DNA from: Octopus sinensis | Taxonomy: Eukaryota | Reading direction: 5' to 3' | DNA length: 64,000 bases | NCBI RefSeq assembly: GCF_006345805.1 | Contig: NC_043013.1 | Location: 46,190,001 to 46,254,000 of the forward strand | Shown: positions 40,878 through 51,375 of the stretch, piece by piece | Layout: every line of letters begins with the position of its first letter | Position numbering within the stretch: the stretch's first letter is position 1 | Made by a program: the position numbers and the translations under genes | The notes under the pieces: model-generated | Seen by the model: the letters and a program-made list of their open reading frames with translations, nothing else | Told to the model about the DNA's origin: nothing | Database searches by the model: none

Positions 40878-41247
40878 CTTTTCTGCTCTAGGCACAAAGC
40901 CTGAAATTTTTGGGGAGTGGGGGCCAGTTGTTTAGATCGACCCCATTACACAATTGGTACTTAATTTATCGACCCTGAAAGGATGAAAGGCAAAGTCGAC
41001 CTTGGTGGAATATCCCTGTAGAAATATTCTTTTCTGCTCTAGGCACAAGGCCCGAAATTTTGGGGGAGGTGGGGGCCAGTCAGTTAGATTGACCTCAGTA
41101 CTTAACTGGTACTCAATTTATCGACTCCAAAAGGATAAAAGGCAAAGTTGATCTCAGCGGTATTTGAACTCAGAATGTAAAGACAGACGAAAAATACCGC
41201 TAAGCATTTCGCCTGGTGTGCTAATGTTTTTGCCAGTTCGCTGCCTA
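40878..41247 (-). mobile_element. Twin SINE family B-related copies (partial plus full)
   Basis: Target motif ccc(a)tgtagaaatatt occurs three times (about 40862, 41014, 41250). Confidence 0.8.
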
Positions 41248-41779
41248 ATCCCTGTAGAAATATTACAACTGTAATATTTCAGAAGAGAAGACTGAGAAGG
41301 AAGCTATTTTTAGCAGCTGCTTACCAAAATTTTTCTTTATTGTGGTGAGGATATAGACATGACCACAAAAAAAGTGTCCAAGTAAGAAATGTCACATGTT
41401 AAAAATGCAAAGAAGGAAAACCATTTTCCACTAGTGTGTAAGTCATGGAATGAACCTGCAGGATATCATATAAACAAGGTAATAAAACCTTAATTCCTTC
41501 ATCTCTGAGTCATTTGGACATTTTTTTTTTTTTTTTGCTTTGTGCACTCTTTGATGTGATTAACATTCAATTAATTCAAGTTTTAATTGACAGTATAAGC
41601 AGTGACAGTTTATCCAAGCTAAATAATGCTAAACAGAAGAATTTAGTCCATAAAACCATTCAGTAGTAATGTTGCAATGACCGCAACATAGCTTTGTTTG
41701 TGAATTCCAGTAATATGTTCAAACATCACTCACTTAGTCTTTGCTTGGATGTAATATGCAGAAAGTGTAACAAGCCTCG

Positions 41780-43490
41780 GCCATCTCCAGGGGCATTTCA
41801 ATTTAATGATCCTGAAACCCCTCTAGTGTTGTAAAGTCTTGCTTACCTGAAGATTCCCCCCTGTTACACTTTCCACTGATTTCACTCAGGTCACCAAACC
41901 TTTTGCTACATGAGCTCAAAAGTATTGTGTAATTGATTGCAAATTCATCACACAAGGAATGAACTAAATTTTCAAAGGTGTTTAGAGAACCGAGTAACTC
42001 ACCATGGGGAACTCATTATACTAAAAAAGAAAAGCTCCCACAATCTACAAGCCATACCTAATTATTAATTTCTGAACCCCTATCAACAACCTTTTTTATG
42101 CTTTTCCAGTACCTGTTATTGATGAGTTAATCCATATTATGTCTCAACATTTAGATTTTATCAATGTTGATATGAAACATGTCTGTTATGAACAGCAACT
42201 AAGGATTATAGACTGTCCTTATATGATTTTTACAAGCCTTAGGACAATAGTTTAAATATACTAAAATCCATTTAACCTTATGAATGTTGTGGCATATTTT
42301 CAACAAGTGATGAACCAAATAATTGCATAAAATAACATCGAACCTACATGCTCCTATTTAGATGACTTTATAGTATGAAGTAACTCTATAGAAGATCATA
42401 ACAGAAATATTAACACATTGCTGTTACTTGTAAAAGATTTGGATACTACTTCTAGGTAAAACAAGTGCCAATTTTCTTGGTTATTGCATTCAAGATGACA
42501 AAATAATGTCTGATCCTAACACGTGGCTTCCTCTTAAAATCTTTACACCTAAAAGAAGTGGTATATTTTCTGACAAACTAAGATGCTAAACTGACTGTAC
42601 CACTTTTCCTATTCCTCAAGAAACTTGTTACTGCTTTCAAACAAATTGAAATTGTGCATTATTTACATTATTTACATTATTTACATTCAACGGATATTTA
42701 TCCTCATCTTGTTCTTTGTTAACACAGTGTTTCGGCTGGTATACCCTCCAGCCTTCTTCAGGTGTTTTGGAGAAATTTCGAACCTGGGTTCTCATTCCTA
42801 AGGTATTTTTTGATATTGTTATTACTATTATTGTTCAGGTCACTGCTTGGAATCGGACTCAGGATTCCAAGTTTGATTCCAAGCAGTGACCTGAACAACA
42901 ACAACAACAACAATAATAATAATAAATAATGTACATAATTCGTCATCTCTTAAATATAGAACTAAATTAAAATTGCTACAGAAATGTCTTGTTTCCATGC
43001 TTGTGACAGCTCTGCTCCATTTACAGTTAGGACCAACACAACAAATAATGTTCCTGTTACAACATTACCACAAAGAAAGTAACTTGTTGCCTTCTCTGGT
43101 ACCCTGAACAAAAGTGAATTACAGCAGCCTCCTCTTGATCAGGAAGCTGCTACAGTTGTTGAGTGTTTGGGCAAATGGCAATGCTCCCTCCTAAGAGAAA
43201 CTGAACTACTGGTGCGTAATGACAAGGGTGTCATTGTTCAGAAAAGTAATGGAATCTTACTGCATGATTTGTAACAATGTCTGACATCTCAAGATGAAGT
43301 AGTTAAACTTACAGAGTCAAACTATCAATTGCTGACTCAGTATCTTATCTCAAAATCACACACTTTTAGATCTAATCCTTCATTCCATGACAATACTGTT
43401 TCTCAAGCTGGGAATTCTTTAATTAACAATCAAAGTGATATTATTGTACCAAGTCCTGCTCAACCTGTCTCACCAACTGATGGACTTCAT
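41780..43490 (+). mobile_element. Decayed Ty3/Gypsy pol relic (RT, RNase H, possibly integrase end)
   Basis: Broken frames KIPPVTLSTDFTQVTKPFAT..EPSNSPWG; PFNLMNVVAYFQQVMNQII..SYLDDFIV (YxDD); AFSGTLNKSELQQPPLDQEAATVVECLGKWQ. Confidence 0.75.
42655..42950 (-). mobile_element. Penelope-like terminal-repeat fragment inserted in the Gypsy relic
   Basis: Hammerhead-like CTGAAGA-stem-GAAA motif, 24-bp inverted repeat and (TAAATAATG)n tail; it interrupts the RT-RNase H collinearity. Confidence 0.55.
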
Positions 43491-44129
43491 CATTAAAACA
43501 AAAAGATTAATTTTCTGACTTTAATAATCTATATTTAATCATATAAACGGAAAACGTAGGTTCAGGCTGCGGTTGCATTAATGTCGTTAACTTAAACTAA
43601 ATTTACAATCCCAGGGGTTATCTATTTATCTGCCTATTTTGACTGTGATTTCTGATTCCCTTTAACAATGGAAATTAGAAATCTGATTGGCAAGTTGTCT
43701 CCCTTACTTAGGCTGGCCGTTTTACTTGTATCATCATCAGTCAATATATTTATTACTTCCTACATGATAATCACGTAAAAATACACACACATATGCTATA
43801 TAATACAGCTTTCTTCACAGCTAAATTTGTTGCCCAGTTTTCTGATGCATGTGTAATATTAACGGCATCATCATCATCAACCGTCATAACTCACATTCAA
43901 AGAAAGATTTTGAGAGTGGAACACAATGAACTTTCATAAATAGTTCTCACACTTGAAGTGTTCCTGACAAATGGATGTTTCAACCAGTTCACTGCCTAAA
44001 TATTTCAACTAATTATGAAAATTACGAAGAATTAGGAAGGATTTAGTAGTATAATTAAAGTTTGTCCTTATTAATTTGGTGTTTTGAAAATAAAAAGGAG
44101 GTTCTAACATAGAATTATGACGAGGGATA

Positions 44130-44152
44130 GATAGATAGACAGACACACGGAC

Positions 44153-44212
<60 letters not shown>
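44130..44212. repeat. (GATA)n microsatellite
   Basis: Seen directly in the sequence. Confidence 0.95.
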
Positions 44213-44214
<2 letters not shown>

Positions 44215-44286
44215 GTACATATATATTAACCTTAGTAATTCGATAGTCTTTACTTTGTCGTAGCTATATAAAACTTCTATGAATAT

Positions 44287-44668
44287 TGGCTGTGTGGTAA
44301 GTAGCTTGCTTACCAACCACATGGTTTGGGTTCAGTCCCACTGCGTGGCACTTTGAGCAAGTGTCTTCTACTATGGATTTGGGTCGACCAAAGCCTTGTG
44401 AGTGGATTTGGTAGACGGAAACTGAAAGAAGCCCGTCGTATATATATATATATGTGTGTGTGTTTGTGTGTCTGTGATTGTCCCCCCAACATCGCTTGAC
44501 AACCGATGCTGGTGTGTTTACGTCCCCGTAACTTAGCGGTTCGGCAAAAGAGAAACCGATAGAATAAGTAGTAAGGCTTACAAAGAATAAATCCTGGGGC
44601 CGATTTGCTCGACTAAAAGCGGTGCTCCAGCATGGCCGCAGTCAAATGACTGAAACAAGTAAAAGAGT
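44287..44668 (+). mobile_element. SINE family A
   Basis: Near full-length copy. Confidence 0.9.
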
Positions 44669-44970
44669 ATATGTGTGTGCATGTGTATGTGTGTGCGCGC
44701 GTGTGTTTTATTCACACATTCAAATGTAAATATGAATAAAATGTATTTTGACTGGATTTTCTGAGAGAATTGTCTCGGATAACGAGATAAAATATTGAAT
44801 ATATAATTACATTATTACAATAAGATTGTGTAAAGTTAATATAGGCTTAGGAGTAAGCTGGGTATAGTGGCGATAAAAGTTTTCCTATCACTCAATAATA
44901 AAAAGAAATTCATCTGTCTTTATCAAATTGTCTCAGGAAGGAGAGAAAATATTATAGAAATATTTATATT

Positions 44971-44972
<2 letters not shown>

Positions 44973-45004
<32 letters not shown>

Positions 45005-45123
45005 GTAATAATAATAATAGTAATAGTAATAGTAGTAATAATAATAATAATAGTAATAGTAATAATAATAATAGTAATAGTAATAATAATAATAGTAATA
45101 GTAATAATAATAATATAATAGTA

Positions 45124-45168
<45 letters not shown>

Positions 45169-45255
45169 GTAATAATAATAGTAATAGTAATAATAATAAT
45201 AATAATAATAATGATAACAACAACAATAATAATAATATATAACAACAACAACAAC
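44973..45255. repeat. (AAT/AGT/AAC)n trinucleotide array
   Basis: Seen directly in the sequence. Confidence 0.95.
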
Positions 45256-45401
45256 GTTTTAAGGTAATGTTCCTGATAAAGAATAAAAAAATTAATATTT
45301 ATAAATAGGATTTCACTAAAAATCGGAATTGCGCAGAAAATAGTGAGTGAATTAAATTGTGAAAAGTACACTACTGAATTACGTCCCTTCGACAGTATTC
45401 G

Positions 45402-45514
45402 CATGCATCTACGACTTGGCCAATTTGACAATCTGACATGCACCACCTACTCATGTGCTATGGGGTACTACAGGCATGCATCTAAGTGTATGCCATGGAA
45501 ACAAGTGTCATGCA
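45402..45514 (-). promoter_or_regulatory. Cluster of four UGCAUG (RBFOX-type) intronic splicing elements
   Basis: Plus-strand catgca at 45402, 45437, 45475 and 45509 reads UGCAUG on the NAB pre-mRNA, 350-465 nt downstream of the 45867 donor. Confidence 0.6.
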
Positions 45515-45866
45515 CCTGTAAATGGATTGGTTTTAATCAAAGCAAACGTAGTAATACATCGTACAATGAATTTAGAGTAGTTTCTGGACATTGAAAGCGC
45601 AGGCATCAAATACAGGAGTCAAAATATTAAAAATTTTTTAAACTCTTAAATTTTACGCAAGAATACTTATATATATTTTTTTTTATAAATTAAAATTCAT
45701 CGAATTAAAATTATCAAAATTGAAACTGAATCTAATTTGTCCCGATACACTTTGAAAGTATACAAGTATATATGAGGGTATATATGGGTAAAGTGTTTAA
45801 AGTACGACAAAGTATTTCGAGTTAAGTTGGAAACGAAAGCAGATGGAAAAATGATGAAAGTATTAC

Positions 45867-46000
45867 CTGGAGTGACCTTTGGAATACTGATAACCACTCT
45901 CACGAACAACCTGCCTTGCTAATGGGAATAAATCTTCACGCCGGGTTAACAGTGCTGGTAAATGATGGCATAACTGAGCGGCAGCTTCATTTACAGAGAT
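45867..46000 (-). CDS. nab: NAB homologue exon, end of NCD2: [44 protein letters not shown](R)
   Basis: Acceptor cccttttgcag, donor AG|gtaata; 134 nt, phase 0-2; VNEAAAQLC...LLTRRxxLFxLARQ matches NAB NCD2. Confidence 0.95.
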
Positions 46001-46178
46001 CTGCAAAAGGGATTACAAGAAGACAAAACTAAGTTCAAATCCTTTACTGTTGGTTTTTTTTTTTTTAATTGGCTAATTAAAATAACATTATTATATCCTT
46101 TTAAGGCAGCGAGCAGGAAGAATCTTCGGCACACCAAATTCAATGCTCAGTGGCATTTCGTCTGTCTTTACATTTAAA

Positions 46179-46399
46179 CCCTTTAGCATTCGGATTACAC
46201 CGTCAACTGTAATGCTTATTAATTCACATTGTTTGGAATTGATCATGTAATTATCTTGTAGCTTTGTTATCTCAATGATGTGATTGTATATTTTTTGGAT
46301 GACATTGTAGGAGAGGTGTGAGGGATCAGATCTGGCCAGTTTGAATATAAAACAGCTAGAATATTTAGGCTGGATATGACCAGTTTAAATGCTGAAGGG
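46179..46399. mobile_element. piggyBac-like MITE family 2; another copy at about 46698-46917
   Basis: CCCTTTAGCATT ... AATGCTGAAGGG-TTAA termini. Confidence 0.75.
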
Positions 46400-47808
46400 T
46401 TAAGGTAGCAAGCTTGCAAAATCGTTAGCACACCAGGGGAAATGCAGTGGCATTCCACCATCTTTATGCTCTGAGTTCAAATGATGCTAGGGTTAATTTT
46501 GCCTTTTATCTTTTCAGGGTTGATAAAAATGAGATGAACACTGGGGCTGATATAATCGACTTAACCTGTCCCCCAAAAATTACTGTCCTTTACTATCATC
46601 ATTGGAGTTATTAAACATTTATTTCTGTAGAATTGCAGCAGATACTTAAAAGCTAGGAAAGAACAAGGTACAGAATTTTATCATCTTAAGCCCTTAACCC
46701 TTTACCAGTCAGCTTATTCTGTCAAATGTGATGCTTATTTATTCACAGTATTTTGAATTAATCATGTATAATTTTGTAGCATCAAAATTTCAATGATGTG
46801 ATTGTATATTTTTAGAATGACATTGTAGGGCAAGTGTGAAAGGCTAGATCTGGCAAGGTTAAGTATAAAATTGGTAGAATATTTGGGTTGGGTGCAGGTG
46901 GTTTAAATGCTAAAGGATTTTTGTATAAATCACTTCAATTACCAGTATTGTATGAATTATTGAACTTTGAAGGTTATAGATTTGTACCAATAGCTCAAAA
47001 TCATTGATAAATAAAAAGGAATTAATTTAGAATTGAATCAAATGCCATTAGGAAATGTATAAGTTTCTAGATTGTAACGCAACTAGAAATATTTAGTGAG
47101 ATGACTAAAAATCCTTTTTAAGGAAACTGTGTGAAGCGGGATGGGGAGATAAACAAACTTGCTTGTTTGTGAGAGAGACTTTGGTTTAGTTTAGCGCTTG
47201 TATAGCACAGATGTAAGATCTATATATTATCTGTGGTGAACCTTTCCATCATGCAAACAGGCAGTTTTTAAAAAATTTTTTCATTATTTATCAAGTATGT
47301 TCCAAGCCAGTCCCTTTTTGAAGGATACCACTTGTTGTTATTGTTTGGTGCTATGGCATTCCAGATAAAATAAATTTATAAATCTTATTTTCAAGCATAG
47401 CATAGGTTCAAATAACTGCACAAAGACACTCTTCTTGGCTTATAAGCTATGGTAGTAACTGAAGGAAATGTGTAATCTTAGATATGAAGGGTTTCACCAG
47501 ATGTTTGGTGGGGGCTTAAACAATTAAAAGTATATTAAACCTAAAACAAAATATTGGTTTCAAATTTCGGCACAAGGCCAACAATTTCAGGGGAGGGTCT
47601 CTAAGCTGATTACATTGACCCCCAGTGTTTCACTGGTACTTATTTTATTGATTCTGAAAGGATAAAAGGCAATGTCGACCTCGTTGCAATTTGAACCCAG
47701 ATTGTAAAAACAGATGAAATGCCACTAAGCATTTTGCCTGGTGTGCTAATGATTCTGCCAGCTTGTTGTCCTAACCTGAAACAAGATATTAAAACTGCCA
47801 AATGAGAG

Positions 47809-47811
<3 letters not shown>

Positions 47812-47860
<49 letters not shown>

Positions 47861-48131
47861 CATTGTGTACAGTGCTCAGGTGCACTACAACTCATCTAAA
47901 GTGCATGTATAGTACATAGGGTAATGTACAGAGTCATGACATACGCATATGTGTATGAGTATGGAAGGGGGACAATCAGGTGTAGTTTCAGCGGATTTCG
48001 GAAAGCATGAGGGCCTTAAAGGATGCAGTGTCATGTCAGTCAACAACTGATGCAGGCAGTTTGTTCCATGCTTCAGCAACTCTGAGCGTGAAAAAATGTT
48101 TCCGAAAGTAATGGGAGCTGTGCTGTTTTCT
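47812..48131 (-). mobile_element. CR1-like LINE 3' end
   Basis: Translates FRKHFFTLRVAEAWNKLPASVVD; (TTA)n tail. Confidence 0.8.
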
Positions 48132-48469
48132 GTATAGTGGGTGAAGAAAGAAGTGATTTATGCCTGGTGAGTAGTACTGCTATTTATCAATGGTCAACAT
48201 GGTGGATTAAAAAAAACAAAAAAAACAAGTAGAATATAAAGAAATGTAACTAACATAGGGTTAAATGGGATTAATAGTGATTAACAAAGGATGATTGAAA
48301 TTGAGAAACTGAATAAGAAGCCGAGAGATCCATCATCGAGACCAGAATTGATTAAGGGGAAATGAAGTCATCTTTTTTTTTGTTTTATCTAAGTAGTTCT
48401 AAATATAGATTACAAGGTAAATGGACAGGCATTTTGAATTATATACAACCATAAAAACCATGCCAAGAC

Positions 48470-48798
48470 AGACCACACCGGTGCTGCTGCCACCTGAGAA
48501 GTACCCGGTTCACTCTGTAAAGTTGTTGAGGTTAGAAAGGGCATCCAGCTGTGATAACTGCGCCTAACAGACCTTGCTGATATTGGTGCCATGCCAAAAG
48601 CTCTCAGTCCACTCTGTAAATTAGTTGGCGTTACGAAGGGGATCCAACAAGAAAAAGCATGCCAAACAGACCTTGCTGGTGCTGGTACCACATAAGAAGC
48701 ACACAGTCCACTCTGTAAAGTGGTTGGTGTTAGGAAGTCCAACCCATGCCAGCATGGAAGGCAGACGTTAAATGATGATGATGGTGATAATGATGATG
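48470..48798 (+). mobile_element. SINE family D, diverged; another copy at about 49925-50135
   Basis: aacccatgccagcatggaa...aaatgatgatgat 3' end. Confidence 0.7.
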
Positions 48799-48894
48799 AT
48801 ACACCTTGTCAAAGACATTGTTCATATTAAATACAATGCTTCAGTATATTGTTTTAAAATTTGAGATTAATTTTGAAAGATGCAGACCATAAAT

Positions 48895-48911
48895 AGGTGT
48901 GTGTGTGTATA

Positions 48912-48949
<38 letters not shown>

Positions 48950-49061
48950 TATATATATATATATAAATATATATATATAGATAGATAGATAAATAGATAT
49001 ATACATATATATATAAATAGATAGATAGATAGATTATATATATATAAATAGATAGATAGAT

Positions 49062-49120
<59 letters not shown>

Positions 49121-49129
49121 TAGATGGAT

Positions 49130-49164
<35 letters not shown>

Positions 49165-49190
49165 TATATAGATATATATATATATATAAT
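48895..49190. repeat. Compound (TA)n/(GATA)n/(GA)n microsatellite
   Basis: Seen directly in the sequence. Confidence 0.95.
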
Positions 49191-50646
49191 AAGCAGCAAA
49201 ACTAAATATATAACAGTGAATATATATATTTATTAAGCAGCAAAATACCATACGTGTTTCTAGTAAAATACATTAATAATTACTAGACGAGTGATGGAAA
49301 TAGATATTCAGAGTAAAGTTGACCATGGTGTAAGTGCTATTGCTACTGGAAAAAGCAGAATGAAAAGGAGTACTAAAAATATGTGTGTGGGAGAGAGGTG
49401 AAAGTGATTAGTACACACCTTAATCTGAAGATGATTAAATTAATGTTTAGTTGGAAAGAATGCTAAAGACAACTTTCAGTTACTTTTCTGAGCAGTGTTA
49501 ACGAACGATCCATTAATAATTCATTAACAAATAACAATTAAAAATGTTGTTTCGCAAATAATTTAGACCTCAGATCAATGCAGTTTCTAATTAGTTTTTT
49601 TTTTTTTCAAATGTGAAAACCTACATTACAGAGAAATGGGGAAAAAAATGAAATCTTAACTATTTTTAGAAAGTAAGTAAATATCAAAAAAGAACAAAAA
49701 AAAATAATAATGGGGTCTTAGCCACGGATGTGACTTTTTGGTTAAGAAGTTTGCTTTCCAACCAAGAGGTTGCAGGTTCAATTTCACTGCACAGAACCTG
49801 GAGCGAATGCCTTCTACTATAACTCTGGGCCGACCAAGACCTAGAGAGTGAACTTCATAGGCGGGAACTGAAAGGCTGTCATGCTTTGTGTATATACACA
49901 CACACACACACACACAGAGTTACTAGGCAATGCTACGAATGTTGATGGTGGTACAAAAACAGTACCCAGTACACACTGTAAAATGGTTGGCATTAGGAAG
50001 TGCATCCAATTATAGAAACCGTGCCAAAGTAGACAATGGAGACACAACAGAGCTCTGTGGATCAGCATATACTGTCAAACAGTCCAACCCATGCCAGCAT
50101 GGAAAACTGGTGTTAAATGATGGTGATGAAGATGATACTAATATATATATTCTAAAGAAGATTGTTTGTGTGAGGCCAAAACAAAGTGAGAAGGTACAAA
50201 GTAAACTAGATAGGGAAAACAAAAGAAAAAGTTGTAGACCCTTTCCCAACCCCCAGTTCTTCCAAATGTCCTGAAGAAGTGGTCTTCTTCACTCCGAAAT
50301 ATATAGATACGTGATACTGCAATTTGGTTTTCTTTTCTTTTCCTTTCGTAGTTTTCTTTGTACCTTCTTCTATTGGTCCAGCGTTACACAACTACATTTT
50401 TTTAAAGTTATAACCTCACAATGCTTCACCTAATAAATATATATATATGCTTATGTGTGTATGAATGTGTGTGTGTGTGTGTGTGTCTGTGTGTGTAAGT
50501 ATATATTTTTTTCTCTCCTTGTTTTTTCTGTGTCCCTTTCTGTAGAAGAGCATAGGCTCGAAATGTAAAAGACTTTTTCTATTTCTGAGCGTTATACTAA
50601 TACATCTGTTTGTTTTGTACACCACCTGTCTTTTGCGTAAACTCTC

Positions 50647-50689
<43 letters not shown>

Positions 50690-50999
50690 GTATCTACCTA
50701 TCTGTCAATTTATCTATATATGTTACAAAGACGAATTTATGGATTCATATTTGAACCCACACATGCTGTCTCAAGCATTACAGCTTCCATGATATACTGT
50801 ATTGCATTCTTTTGTGAACCCACAACAAAAATACTTAAACAGTATATAAATTAAATGGTTCATAGAGAATAGCCTGTCAGAAAGCGTAAGCACTAGTCCA
50901 GGTATGGTATATAATGAAGAAATGCATACATGGATAATGGCATAGGTATGCCTCCTTATCACACGTGCGCGCGTACATACAAGTGTGTGTGTGTATATA

Positions 51000-51375
51000 T
51001 TTCTTTACTGCCCACAAGGGGCTAAACACAGAGGGGACAAACAAGGACAGACATAGGTATTAAGTCGATTACATCGAGCCCAGTGCGAAACTGGTACTTT
51101 ATTTAATCGACCCCGAAAGGATGAAAGGCAAAGTCGACCTCGGCGGAATTTGAACTCAGAACGTAACGGCAGACGAAATACCTATTTCTTTACTACCCAC
51201 AAGGGGCTAAACACAGAAAGGATAAAAACAAGGACAGACAAACGGATTAAGTCGATTATATCGACCCCAGTGTGTAACTGGTACTTCATTTTATCGACCC
51301 CGAAAGGATGAAAGGCAAAGTCGACCTCGGCGGAATTTGAACTCAGAACGTAACGACAGACGAAATACCGCTAGG
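51000..51375 (-). mobile_element. Head-to-tail dimer of SINE family B
   Basis: Two units joined at gacgaaatac|ctatttcttt (about 51180). Confidence 0.85.

Noticed and set aside
44867-45446. Poly-I/L/Y/E ORFs here and at 17554, 35488-36080, 48867, 60149-61210 and 62288-62888
   Set aside because: Translations of microsatellites.
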